Assembly: GCA_022616555.1 (NCBI GenBank)
Contig: JAKEEG010000068.1
Span: 912 to 64,911 of the forward strand
DNA: 64,000 nucleotides
Source of the DNA: Ignavibacteriota bacterium
Lineage (GTDB): Bacteria; Bacteroidota; Ignavibacteria; UBA10030
Reading direction: 5' to 3'
Part shown: in pieces, positions 1 to 8,837 of the stretch
How the letters are laid out: every line of letters starts with the position of its first letter
Position numbering within the stretch: position 1 is the stretch's first letter
The notes under the pieces: model-generated
Seen by the model: the letters and a program-made list of their open reading frames with translations, nothing else
Told to the model about the DNA's origin: nothing
The model's database searches: none
Made by a program: the position numbers and the translations under genes

Positions 1-80
1 GTACGATTTCGCTCGGTTGATGGAAGGCGCGAAGGAAGTCAAGTGCTCCGAGTTTGGCGAAGCAATTATTCAGAACATGT
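1..80 (+). CDS. 3' end of an unidentified CDS truncated by the window edge (frame 2 reads ...QNM then stop)
   Basis: Open frame runs from the window edge to a TGA at 78-80, followed immediately by two hairpins; too short to assign a function. Confidence 0.2.
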
Positions 81-87
81 GACTGAA

Positions 88-109
88 GGCGACGATATAT
101 ATCGTCGCC
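88..109. repeat. Palindrome family E, copy 1 (GGCGACG-N8-CGTCGCC)
   Basis: ggcgacgatatatatcgtcgcc; related copies at 34439 and 62047. Confidence 0.5.
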
Positions 110-128
110 CCAAGAAACATCTGTGACA

Positions 129-167
129 AAAGGCATCCGTATCTTCGAGATGCCTTTTGTTTTCTTG
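129..167 (+). terminator. Rho-independent terminator (stem aaggcatc/gatgcctt followed by a T-run)
   Basis: Perfect 8 bp stem with a 10 nt loop, followed by ttttgttttctt, downstream of the truncated upstream CDS. Confidence 0.5.
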
Positions 168-196
168 AACGGCACGCTTTTTTTGAGTATTTTCCC

Positions 197-225
197 ATAG
201 GGGTTCACTCTATATGAACCCCTAT
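197..225. repeat. TAGGGG-N-CCCCTA palindrome, copy a (ataggggttca-ctctata-tgaacccctat)
   Basis: Perfect 11 bp inverted arms, 21 nt upstream of the clpS ATG. Confidence 0.6.
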
Positions 226-245
226 GATATGCTGTCTGAATAGAT

Positions 246-551
246 ATGCCAGATGAAATAAAAGAAATACCAACAGTCGAACGGCCCATCACCGAGAAAG
301 AATCCGACCAGGATGTTCTCACACAAGAGCCTGCAAAAGTTATCCTCTTTAACGACGAAGTACATACCTTCGACGAAGTGATCGACCAGATTATCAAAGC
401 AACCCGGTGCAGCCGTCCACGCGCTGAAGCTCTGACGTGGGAAGTGCACCATACGGGCAAAGCCGCCGTGTATGAGGGTCCGATAGACGATTGCATGAAG
501 GTTTCCGGCGTGCTGGAGGAAATAGCGTTACACACACAGATTGAGGTTTGA
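246..551 (+). CDS. clpS: ATP-dependent Clp protease adaptor ClpS
   Basis: 101 aa; characteristic ClpS core VILFNDEVHTFDEVIDQIIKA. Confidence 0.9.
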   Translation: MPDEIKEIPTVERPITEKESDQDVLTQEPAKVILFNDEVHTFDEVIDQIIKATRCSRPRAEALTWEVHHTGKAAVYEGPIDDCMKVSGVLEEIALHTQIEV

Positions 552-564
552 TTAGGAGGTTTCG

Positions 565-768
565 ATGGCTAATCTTATCAAAGACACACAGGTTTTGTAC
601 GATGCCCGAGGCAAAAAGAGCCATGTGGTCCTGCCGTATGACAAGTACAAAAAACTCATAGAACGGCTTGAGGATGCTGAGGACATTCAGTTAATGAAAG
701 AAGTTGAGAACGAAGTTGGTATCCCTTGGGAGGAAGCTAAAAAGAAAATCCGGCGAAGGAAACGATGA
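565..768 (+). CDS. Type II antitoxin (Phd/YefM- or RelB-like) paired with the downstream RelE/ParE toxin
   Basis: 67 aa basic/acidic small protein; its stop overlaps the toxin start (ATGA at 765-768). Confidence 0.55.
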   Translation: MANLIKDTQVLYDARGKKSHVVLPYDKYKKLIERLEDAEDIQLMKEVENEVGIPWEEAKKKIRRRKR

Positions 769-1022
769 GTTACAAACTCATTGTAAAGCCGACTGCTTTA
801 AAAGAAATTGACGACCTTCCTGCCTCTTTTCAAGAGAGGGTTATCTCTACCCTTGATTCTCTACAGGCAAATCCTCGGCCAATAGGTTGTAAGAAGCTAG
901 CAGGAGCGAAAAATCGCTGGCGGATAAGAATTGGAGATTACAGAATATTGTACATGCTGGATGATTCGAAACACGAAATTTATATTTACAGAGTAGCCCA
1001 TCGCAAGGATGTTTACACGTGA
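765..1022 (+). CDS. RelE/ParE-family toxin (mRNA interferase type)
   Basis: 85 aa; C-terminal RIRIGDYRILYMLDDSKHEIYIYRVAHRKD resembles RelE/StbE toxins; 4 bp overlap with the antitoxin. Confidence 0.75.
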   Translation: MSYKLIVKPTALKEIDDLPASFQERVISTLDSLQANPRPIGCKKLAGAKNRWRIRIGDYRILYMLDDSKHEIYIYRVAHRKDVYT

Positions 1023-4021
1023 CATCACAAGAAATCCGAAATAGTTTTCTTCAATTCTTTAAAGAGCGCGGGCATGCCGTTGTCCCCAGTTCTCCCGTTG
1101 TACCCTACGAAGACCCTACCCTGCTGTTCACGAACGCGGGGATGAACCAATTCAAGGACGTCTTTCTCGGCACTGGAAAACGGGAATATACACGCGCCGC
1201 CGACACACAAAAGTGCATTCGTGTGAGCGGCAAGCACAACGACCTCGAAGAAGTCGGGCGGGACACTTATCACCATACGTTCTTCGAAATGCTGGGCAAC
1301 TGGTCATTCGGCGATTACTACAAGAAAGAAGCCATCGAATGGGCGTGGGAACTGCTGACGAAGGTCTGGGGTTTGCCCAAAGATCGGCTGTGGGTAACAG
1401 TATATAAGGACGATGACGAAGCTGAAAAGCTTTGGAAATCCGTCACAGACATAAACCCGAAACACGTGCTGCGTTTCGGCGAGAAAGATAATTTTTGGGA
1501 GATGGGCGAAACTGGTCCCTGCGGTCCCTGTTCTGAAATACACTACGACTCAACGCCCAGCGGTACAGCCGTAGCCTCGATGGTCAATGCAGGAACGCCC
1601 GATGTAATTGAAATCTGGAATCTCGTGTTCATTCAGTATAATCGAGACGGGAATCGCAAACTCACTCCCCTGCCTGCTAAACACGTCGATACGGGAATGG
1701 GCTTCGAGCGCATTTGCACGGTCCTGCAGAAAAAAAACTCGAATTACGACACGGATGTCTTCAGTCCGCTTCTGAAAAAAATCAGCGACACCGTTAAGAA
1801 GCCCTATACTGGGAAACTTGATTCCGAGACTGACATTGCGATGCGCGTGATTGCCGACCATATTCGAGCACTCGCGTTCGCCATAGGCGATAGCGCCGTG
1901 CCATCCAACGAAGGCAGGGGCTACGTGCTGCGACGCATCCTGCGCCGCGCGGCTCGGTTCGGGCGAAATCTAGGAATGCACGAGCCGTTCATCTATAAGT
2001 TGGTGCCGACACTCGTTGAGACGATGAGCGATGTGTTTCCAGAGATAAAGGAAAAGCAATCGCATATTGAGAAAGTTGTAAAAGGCGAGGAAGAAGGCTT
2101 TAACGCTACACTTGACCGAGGTTTAATCCAGTTTGAAAACGAAGCTTTCGCAAATGCTCTTACAACTACCGCTCATGCAGAAGGTCTCCAAATCACAAGA
2201 ACCTCGCAAGCGTGGTGGGGAAAGCCTCCAGAAGAGGTCAAATATTATAACATGCGTTTCTTCAAGGATCAGAAACATATAGCCGAATTCAAATTCGAGG
2301 AATTGCGTGATGGCGCCTGGAAACAAATTCTCAAAACACAGCCATCAATTTCAGGTGATGACGCTTTTAAATTATATGATACTTATGGTTTTCCGCTAGA
2401 CCTCACTGCATTGCTGGCGAAAGAGCGCGGGATGGGAATTGACGAAGAAGGTTTTGAAGGGCTTATGGAACAACAGCGAAATAGGTCTCGCACTATTTCC
2501 TTTCATGATACTGTTTCAGTATCTGATAGTGCAACCGTTGCGGCTCCACAAGGGAAAGTATCGAAAAACGAACTTGAAGAATTTATTCGGAGTATCGACA
2601 GAAGCGAAACGAAGTTCACCGGGTATGATGAATTAACAACAGCGACAAAAGTCGTAAAAGGCGATCGGCATTTGTTGATTTTGGCAGAAACGCCTTTCTA
2701 CGCCGAGTCCGGCGGGCAGGTTGGCGACCAAGGGACGATTGAAATCGCCGATAAGCAGTATCTTGTGCATGACACCCAAAAATACGGAAGCCACAGTGTT
2801 CATATTTTGCAATCGCCCGCTGGTTTCATGCTGGGCGAAACTGTACGCGCTCGGGTCGATCAGGAACGCCGCTCATCCATCATGCGGAACCACACGGCAA
2901 CACACTTGGTGCACGCCGCGCTCAGGAACATTCTCGGCACGCACGTGCATCAAGCCGGGTCGCTGGTTGCGCCTGACCACTTGCGTTTCGATTTCGCGCA
3001 TTTTTCAAAAGTGAGCGAGGCAGAGTTAAAGGACATCGAAGCGCTCGTGAACGAAAAAATCAAAGAAAATATCACACTCTCGCACCACCGCGCTATTCCA
3101 TTCGACGAGGCAAAGAAAATGGGCGCGTTGATGTTCTTCGGCGATAAGTACGGCGAGCGGGTAAATGTGGTGGAGTTTGGTGCATTCAGCAAAGAGTTTT
3201 GTGGCGGCACGCACGTGAAATCCACCGGCGAGATTAGTTATTTCAAATTACGCCATGAGGGCAGCGTCGCGAGCGGTGTGCGACGAGTTGAAGCGGTAAC
3301 GGGAAATTTTGCGCTCGAACTGCTGAAACTACAAGAACAGTCGTTCACTGATCGGCTGGAATATGCCTTCCGTGAGCTGGATGAACTGCACTTGCTGAAA
3401 AACCAACTTTCAACATCCAGTGGCAATGTCTCACCGCTCGCACAGGAAACATTCGCCGCTGTGGAAAAAGAACTGGATTTGCTCAAGAAGCTGAACCGCC
3501 AGTCCGGCGCTGGCTATTCGGAATTGCGGAAGGAATTCGAAAGCCAGTCCGCACGCTTCCGCGACCTCGAAAATATTATCCTGCAAATTGCAGAGAAAAA
3601 GAAGGGGTTCGAAAAAGAACTCGCACAGTATCGATTAAAATCCTTATCTTCCAGTATCGATTCATTGGTTACGGGAGCCGTGTCCGTCAACGGGCTCAAG
3701 CTCGTCACAGCGACTGTGACGGTAGCCTCGGCTGACGAGTTAAAATCGCTGGGCGATACGTTGCGCTCGAAATTAGGCAGCGGTGTCGGCGTGCTTGCTT
3801 CCGTACTCGATGGGAAAGTGAATCTCGTCTGTGTTGTAACGGATGACCTTGTTGCCGCGAAGAAACTTGAGGCGGGCAAGATCGTCAGCGCGGTGGCAAA
3901 ACTGCTGGGCGGCGGTGGCGGCGGCAAGCCGCACCTCGCGACAGCAGGTGGAAAAGATGTAGCGAAGCTGGATGAGGCGTTGCGCGAAACTCAAACAATT
4001 GTTAAATCGCTGCTAAAATAA
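1019..4021 (+). CDS. alaS: Alanine--tRNA ligase (AlaRS), unusually long at 1000 aa
   Basis: N-terminus MTSQEIRNSFLQFFKERGHAVVPSSPVVP...TNAGMNQFKD; editing-domain HxxxH motifs; GTG start overlapping the relE stop. Confidence 0.95.
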   Translation: MTSQEIRNSFLQFFKERGHAVVPSSPVVPYEDPTLLFTNAGMNQFKDVFLGTGKREYTRAADTQKCIRVSGKHNDLEEVGRDTYHHTFFEMLGNWSFGDYYKKEAIEWAWELLTKVWGLPKDRLWVTVYKDDDEAEKLWKSVTDINPKHVLRFGEKDNFWEMGETGPCGPCSEIHYDSTPSGTAVASMVNAGTPDVIEIWNLVFIQYNRDGNRKLTPLPAKHVDTGMGFERICTVLQKKNSNYDTDVFSPLLKKISDTVKKPYTGKLDSETDIAMRVIADHIRALAFAIGDSAVPSNEGRGYVLRRILRRAARFGRNLGMHEPFIYKLVPTLVETMSDVFPEIKEKQSHIEKVVKGEEEGFNATLDRGLIQFENEAFANALTTTAHAEGLQITRTSQAWWGKPPEEVKYYNMRFFKDQKHIAEFKFEELRDGAWKQILKTQPSISGDDAFKLYDTYGFPLDLTALLAKERGMGIDEEGFEGLMEQQRNRSRTISFHDTVSVSDSATVAAPQGKVSKNELEEFIRSIDRSETKFTGYDELTTATKVVKGDRHLLILAETPFYAESGGQVGDQGTIEIADKQYLVHDTQKYGSHSVHILQSPAGFMLGETVRARVDQERRSSIMRNHTATHLVHAALRNILGTHVHQAGSLVAPDHLRFDFAHFSKVSEAELKDIEALVNEKIKENITLSHHRAIPFDEAKKMGALMFFGDKYGERVNVVEFGAFSKEFCGGTHVKSTGEISYFKLRHEGSVASGVRRVEAVTGNFALELLKLQEQSFTDRLEYAFRELDELHLLKNQLSTSSGNVSPLAQETFAAVEKELDLLKKLNRQSGAGYSELRKEFESQSARFRDLENIILQIAEKKKGFEKELAQYRLKSLSSSIDSLVTGAVSVNGLKLVTATVTVASADELKSLGDTLRSKLGSGVGVLASVLDGKVNLVCVVTDDLVAAKKLEAGKIVSAVAKLLGGGGGGKPHLATAGGKDVAKLDEALRETQTIVKSLLK

Positions 4022-4024
4022 CAC

Positions 4025-4783
4025 ATGACCGCTTACGAACGGCTGCTCTCCATACGCAATGAGCGAGGCGCGGGTTACCTCATCTTGATCGACCCGGACA
4101 AAATGAGCGCCGAACAACTGCCCTCGTTCGTACGCTTGGCTACCGAAGCGGGGGCAGACGGATTCCTCGTCGGCGGAAGTTTAATGCATACAACTGCGTT
4201 CGACGAACAAATTAAGCTTATCAAACGCAATACCACAGTCCCGGTCGTTATCTTCCCGGGCAGTTTAATGCAAGTTTCCTCGAACGCTGACGCGATTTTT
4301 TTTCTGCTTTTGATCAGCGGAAGGAACCCCGAGCATCTCATTGGGAACCAAGTCATAGCCGCGCCCGTCGTCAAAAAAATGGGGCTAGAGGCAATTTCCA
4401 CCGGGTATATGATCATCGAATCCGGTGTCACGACTTCGGTGGAGTTCATGAGCAACACGAAACCCATTCCGCGCAACAAGCCGGATATCGCCCTTGCACA
4501 TGCTCTGGCGGCTGAAATCATTGGGATGAAATTCCTGTACCTTGACGCCGGGAGCGGCGCAGACGTCTCAGTCCCCGAAGCGATGATTCGACTCCTTTCG
4601 AAAAAAAGCTCGGTCCCGCTGATTATCGGCGGCGGCGTCCGTACACCGGACGAAGCGCGCAAAAAAGCGGCTGCGGGGGCATCGTTTGTCGTGACCGGAA
4701 CAATTACCGAAGAAAACTCCCACCGTGGGATCATCAAAGAATTCGCCGACGCTATTCATATCGGCGCAAAGGTAAAAGCCTAA
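4025..4783 (+). CDS. Geranylgeranylglyceryl phosphate synthase family protein (GGGPS/PcrB-like prenyltransferase)
   Basis: 252 aa; LILIDPDK, GFLVGGS, YLDAGSGA and IIGGGV motifs typical of the GGGPS/PcrB TIM-barrel family. Confidence 0.8.
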   Translation: MTAYERLLSIRNERGAGYLILIDPDKMSAEQLPSFVRLATEAGADGFLVGGSLMHTTAFDEQIKLIKRNTTVPVVIFPGSLMQVSSNADAIFFLLLISGRNPEHLIGNQVIAAPVVKKMGLEAISTGYMIIESGVTTSVEFMSNTKPIPRNKPDIALAHALAAEIIGMKFLYLDAGSGADVSVPEAMIRLLSKKSSVPLIIGGGVRTPDEARKKAAAGASFVVTGTITEENSHRGIIKEFADAIHIGAKVKA

Positions 4784-4799
4784 GCTATTCGCTCTCTCT

Positions 4800-5387
4800 A
4801 TGAATAAGCGCCGCCAGTTTATTACCGAATCCCTTCGCGATAGCGCGAGCACAAAGCAACGTATCGAGCAGCAATGTGCAGACGACATCGAAAAAGCTAT
4901 CGGCTTGCTCGTAACTGCACTCAAGAATAAGAAGAAAATCCTGCTCTGCGGCAACGGCGGAAGCGCGGCCGATGCCCAGCACCTCGCTACTGAATTTATT
5001 ATCCGGCTCAATCCAAAACTGAAGCGTCCCGGCTTACCCGCTATAGCGCTCACAACAGATAGTTCAACGCTCACTGCGGGAGCGAATGACTTCGGTTATG
5101 ACGCTGTCTTTGCACGCTCAGTGGAAGCGTTAGGCAACGAAGGTGATGTGTTGATTGGCATCAGCACGAGCGGTAACTCGGAGAGCGTTAATCGCGCGTT
5201 CCGAACTGCGAAAGACAAAAAGATTCTCACCATCGGTTTTGTTGGCAAAGATGGCGGCAAATCCAAGGGTCTTGTTGATCTTGCCATAGTCATTCCCTCC
5301 GATGATACCCAGCGTATTCAGGAGGGGCATATTACCATCGGGCATATTATTTTTCAGCAGGTTGAGCAGGAGCTATTTGGAGAGTAA
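4800..5387 (+). CDS. gmhA: Phosphoheptose isomerase (SIS domain, D-sedoheptulose-7-phosphate isomerase)
   Basis: 195 aa; SIS-domain motifs ILLCGNGGSAADAQH and GISTSGNS. Confidence 0.8.
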   Translation: MNKRRQFITESLRDSASTKQRIEQQCADDIEKAIGLLVTALKNKKKILLCGNGGSAADAQHLATEFIIRLNPKLKRPGLPAIALTTDSSTLTAGANDFGYDAVFARSVEALGNEGDVLIGISTSGNSESVNRAFRTAKDKKILTIGFVGKDGGKSKGLVDLAIVIPSDDTQRIQEGHITIGHIIFQQVEQELFGE

Positions 5388-5492
5388 TTTTAGGACTGCA
5401 TCAACTCCCGATGGGATCGCTTTGCGACATGTTGATGCAGTGCCCCAATAACGATTGGGGCACTCCCACGACAAAATTTACCGCCTTCTCCT

Positions 5493-6908
5493 ATGCCCCA
5501 ACAACAGCGTAAGGATTTCCTTATCCCGCTGCTGACGGTCGTCTCAGACGCCATCGCGATTGAGGCGGCATTTTTGTTCTCTTTCTGGCTTCGCTTTTAC
5601 TCTCCCCTGACGGAATATCTGCCCGTCGAGTTAGGATTACCACCGCTTGACGCCTACATCTTCGGATCGTTTGTCGTCATTCCGGCGTGGCTACTGCTGT
5701 TCAACTCCCGCAAAATGTATACCCCGCGCCGCGTCATATATTTCTCGGACGAATTTTTTGCGGTTGTACGGCTGGTATTCTTCGGCATGCTGATGGTAAT
5801 GTCGGCCGCGTTTTTCTACCGAGCTTTTTCCTATTCGCGCGTCGTGTTTGCACTCCTGGGCGTGACGTCGGTTGCGTTCATTGCACTAGGCCGGTACGTT
5901 GTCTTGCGCTTCGAACAGCGTTGGTATACTCGCGGAAAAGACGTGAAGCGAGTGTTAATCGTTGGCTCCAACCCGTTCGCGCTGCGAGTCCTCCAAAGCA
6001 TTAAGCAGAACCCTAAACTCGGTTACCAGATCGTCGGCTACTGCGCTCCCAACGGACGAGGCGACGGCGCTTCGGTTTACGCAGAGCAATTAGGAAGTAT
6101 TGAAGATGTGCCTTCGCTCATACGGTCGCAGCATATCGATATCGTCCTTGTCGCACTGGATTATACCGACCATGCAAAGCTCTACGAAATGGTGAAAGAG
6201 TGTGAAGGGTTAAATACGGAAATCATGATGGTACCGGATACGCTTGAGTTGATGACGAGTCAGGTACGCATAAAAGAAATCGAAGGCATTCCGTTTATCA
6301 AGCTCAAAGCTGTGCCGCTGACAACGTGGAATCATATCATTAAGCGGACGTTTGACATTGTGTTCGCAGTTGTCGTCTTGATTCTCATAAGCCCTGTGTT
6401 ATTGCTGTTAGCAATCATCATTAAGCTGGATTCAAAAGGGCCGATGCTGTTTCTTCAAGAGCGCGTTGGCTTGGATGGGAAACCGTTCAACGTGATGAAA
6501 TTTCGTTCGATGCGAGTCGATGCGGAACAACAAACGGGCCCCGTCTGGGCGAAAAAGGACGACCCGCGAACAACACGCATCGGGGCATTCCTCCGTCGCT
6601 TCAGCTTGGATGAACTACCACAACTTTTCAACGTGCTGAAAGGTGATATGAGCATTGTTGGTCCACGGCCTGAGCGCCCCCATTTCGTGGAGCAATTCAA
6701 GAAAGAAATCCCAAAATATCTCGACCGGCATCGCGTGAAAACAGGTATGACCGGCTGGGCGCAGGTCAACGGCCTGCGAGGCAACGCTCCCATCGAAGAG
6801 CGAACAAAATACGACATCTACTACATTGAGAATTGGTCGTTGGTATTCGACCTGAAGATTATCCTGAAGACGATTCGAGCGGTTTTATTTGGTGAGGACG
6901 CGTACTAG
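5493..6908 (+). CDS. Polyprenyl-phosphate sugar phosphotransferase (WcaJ/WbaP-like initiating glycosyltransferase)
   Basis: 471 aa; N-terminal TM helices and C-terminal bacterial sugar-transferase motif DELPQLFNVLKGDMSIVGPRPE. Confidence 0.85.
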   Translation: MPQQQRKDFLIPLLTVVSDAIAIEAAFLFSFWLRFYSPLTEYLPVELGLPPLDAYIFGSFVVIPAWLLLFNSRKMYTPRRVIYFSDEFFAVVRLVFFGMLMVMSAAFFYRAFSYSRVVFALLGVTSVAFIALGRYVVLRFEQRWYTRGKDVKRVLIVGSNPFALRVLQSIKQNPKLGYQIVGYCAPNGRGDGASVYAEQLGSIEDVPSLIRSQHIDIVLVALDYTDHAKLYEMVKECEGLNTEIMMVPDTLELMTSQVRIKEIEGIPFIKLKAVPLTTWNHIIKRTFDIVFAVVVLILISPVLLLLAIIIKLDSKGPMLFLQERVGLDGKPFNVMKFRSMRVDAEQQTGPVWAKKDDPRTTRIGAFLRRFSLDELPQLFNVLKGDMSIVGPRPERPHFVEQFKKEIPKYLDRHRVKTGMTGWAQVNGLRGNAPIEERTKYDIYYIENWSLVFDLKIILKTIRAVLFGEDAY

Positions 6909-6911
6909 TTT

Positions 6912-7715
6912 TTACTTCAACCTAAACAAAAACGTGACAACAGCGTTCTGCTCTAACTGGGGCTGGGTAGAACGGAGAGGTTCAAACTTCCACAAACGTA
7001 CCGCTTTCATTGCAGCGTCTTCGAGCTTCGTATTCCCTTTCTGCTCAGGCTGGACGGCTTTCACGCTGCCATCCGGCATCACCATAGTTAAAATTTTAAT
7101 CTGCGCTTGAACGTTCACGCCTTCCGGATAGCGGGGCAAATCTCCGCTGATGCGTTTGCGCGAGCCGCCGTCAAGCCATTGAATCGAGTAACTCGCACCA
7201 CGGTCGATATCGGCTCCGACGCCGGAACTGCCTAACGGCCCCGTGCCGCCGGGACCTCCGCCGACCGTTTCTCCGGGCGTCAATCGCTCACGCTCGCCAA
7301 CCTGCTGGTCGGAACGAACATCTCGCTCACCGACTGCACGCGATTCATCAGGACGGGCTTTTGTGCCTGCTACCGGCGCATCCACCTTATCTGTTTTTAG
7401 GACGTTAATAACTTCATCAGACATATCGCGCATTCGCCGTTCGGGTAAAATCACCGGCTGAGATGCTTTTTGCGTTTTCGCAGTGGTCTTTGAGGCGGTT
7501 GTTGTCGCTTTAACGGGACTGGCGGGTGTAACCGACGGGACAGTGCTCAAACTTGGGCTTGTGGTAGCACCCCAGCTAACTTCCACAAACTCCTGTGTTT
7601 CGAGTGCATCGGGCAGGTAGATAAAAAATAGCAAGAGCAGCAATGCTGCATGCATGAGCACGGAGCTAAACCACCCAATCGTTCGTTCACGCGAGAATTT
7701 CATGCTTTTTCTCAC
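6912..7715 (-). CDS. TonB-family energy transducer (C-terminal TonB domain)
   Basis: 267 aa; N-terminal TM helix, Pro/Thr-rich linker, C-terminal TonB-like fold; last gene of the exbB-exbD operon. Confidence 0.7.
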   Translation of the reverse strand: MRKSMKFSRERTIGWFSSVLMHAALLLLLFFIYLPDALETQEFVEVSWGATTSPSLSTVPSVTPASPVKATTTASKTTAKTQKASQPVILPERRMRDMSDEVINVLKTDKVDAPVAGTKARPDESRAVGERDVRSDQQVGERERLTPGETVGGGPGGTGPLGSSGVGADIDRGASYSIQWLDGGSRKRISGDLPRYPEGVNVQAQIKILTMVMPDGSVKAVQPEQKGNTKLEDAAMKAVRLWKFEPLRSTQPQLEQNAVVTFLFRLK

Positions 7716-8119
7716 TGGGTCGGCTGCGTGGCGATTAAAAACCTCGAGGCGCCGACGCCCTTTGCAATATCCAGAACTTGAACGACACTTTGAAGATTGA
7801 CGGTCTTATCGGCGTTCACGACCACCACACGGTCCTTGTTTTCGCCAAGAAATTTAGAAAGTTTTGCGCCCAGCGTCTCCGTTGTTACCTGCTCGTTATT
7901 CAGATACATCCCACCCTGCTCGGTCAACGAGATAATCGCTTCCCGCTTTGTATCGACTTCACCCGTTTCGGATTTCGGGAGCTGAACTTTAATGCCGGGC
8001 TGGATCACGAACGAGGAGGAGAGCAAAAAGAAAATGAGCAGCAACAGAACTATGTCTGTCAGCGACGAAAATGCAAACACACTCAGATGCTTTTGTTCCG
8101 CCTTGAATTTCATTTTCAA
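7712..8119 (-). CDS. exbD: Biopolymer transport protein ExbD/TolR
   Basis: 135 aa; single TM helix plus periplasmic domain; start overlaps the TonB gene by 4 bp. Confidence 0.8.
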   Translation of the reverse strand: MKMKFKAEQKHLSVFAFSSLTDIVLLLLIFFLLSSSFVIQPGIKVQLPKSETGEVDTKREAIISLTEQGGMYLNNEQVTTETLGAKLSKFLGENKDRVVVVNADKTVNLQSVVQVLDIAKGVGASRFLIATQPTQ

Positions 8120-8808
8120 CCCTTCTTCTGGAAGTATTCTTCGCGCTCAACTTTCCCGCTGCCTGCCATACTCATCGGCTCACTGACGTCGCCCAGCCTG
8201 CCGGAACGCACCAGATCGAGGAATTCCTCCGAGGCGCTTTCCATCTCGAATACCGCCCTCTGCACGCGGGAAACAAAATAATTGTAAAAGGCGTACGCCG
8301 GGATACCAACGATCAGCCCAAACGCTGTTGTAAGCAAAGCTTCCCAAATTCCACCGGCAAGTTCAGAAGGATTCACCACTCCGCTCAGCTGCTGGATTGT
8401 CTGAAATGCCCCGATCATACCTGTGACCGTCCCAAGGAATCCCAAGAGCGGCGCAACTCCGGCGATGGACGCCAGTATTCCCAACCCACGCTCGAGATGA
8501 TAGACCTCTTCTTTGCCGGCATTTTCGATCGCTTCGCTCACGCGTTCGGCTCCATCCGGATATTTGGTAAGCCCGCGGCGCATCAAGTTGGCAATCGGAG
8601 CTTGTGTCTTAGCGCAGAAATTAATCCCCGCCATGATATCGCCTTTCTGCAGCACGCTGCGCAAGCGCATCATGAACTGCCCGGCGTCGATTTGCGCTTT
8701 ACGCAAAACCAGAAAACGCTCGACGACAATCACCACTGCGATCAACGAGCAGAGGAGGATCGGGTACATCAAAATACCGCCTTTGGTGTACATCTCAAGA
8801 AGGTTCAT
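8116..8808 (-). CDS. exbB: MotA/TolQ/ExbB proton-channel protein
   Basis: 230 aa; three TM helices; overlaps exbD by 4 bp. Confidence 0.8.
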   Translation of the reverse strand: MNLLEMYTKGGILMYPILLCSLIAVVIVVERFLVLRKAQIDAGQFMMRLRSVLQKGDIMAGINFCAKTQAPIANLMRRGLTKYPDGAERVSEAIENAGKEEVYHLERGLGILASIAGVAPLLGFLGTVTGMIGAFQTIQQLSGVVNPSELAGGIWEALLTTAFGLIVGIPAYAFYNYFVSRVQRAVFEMESASEEFLDLVRSGRLGDVSEPMSMAGSGKVEREEYFQKKG

Positions 8809-8837
8809 ATTCGCCTTTCAGCACGCTGATGAAAAAT

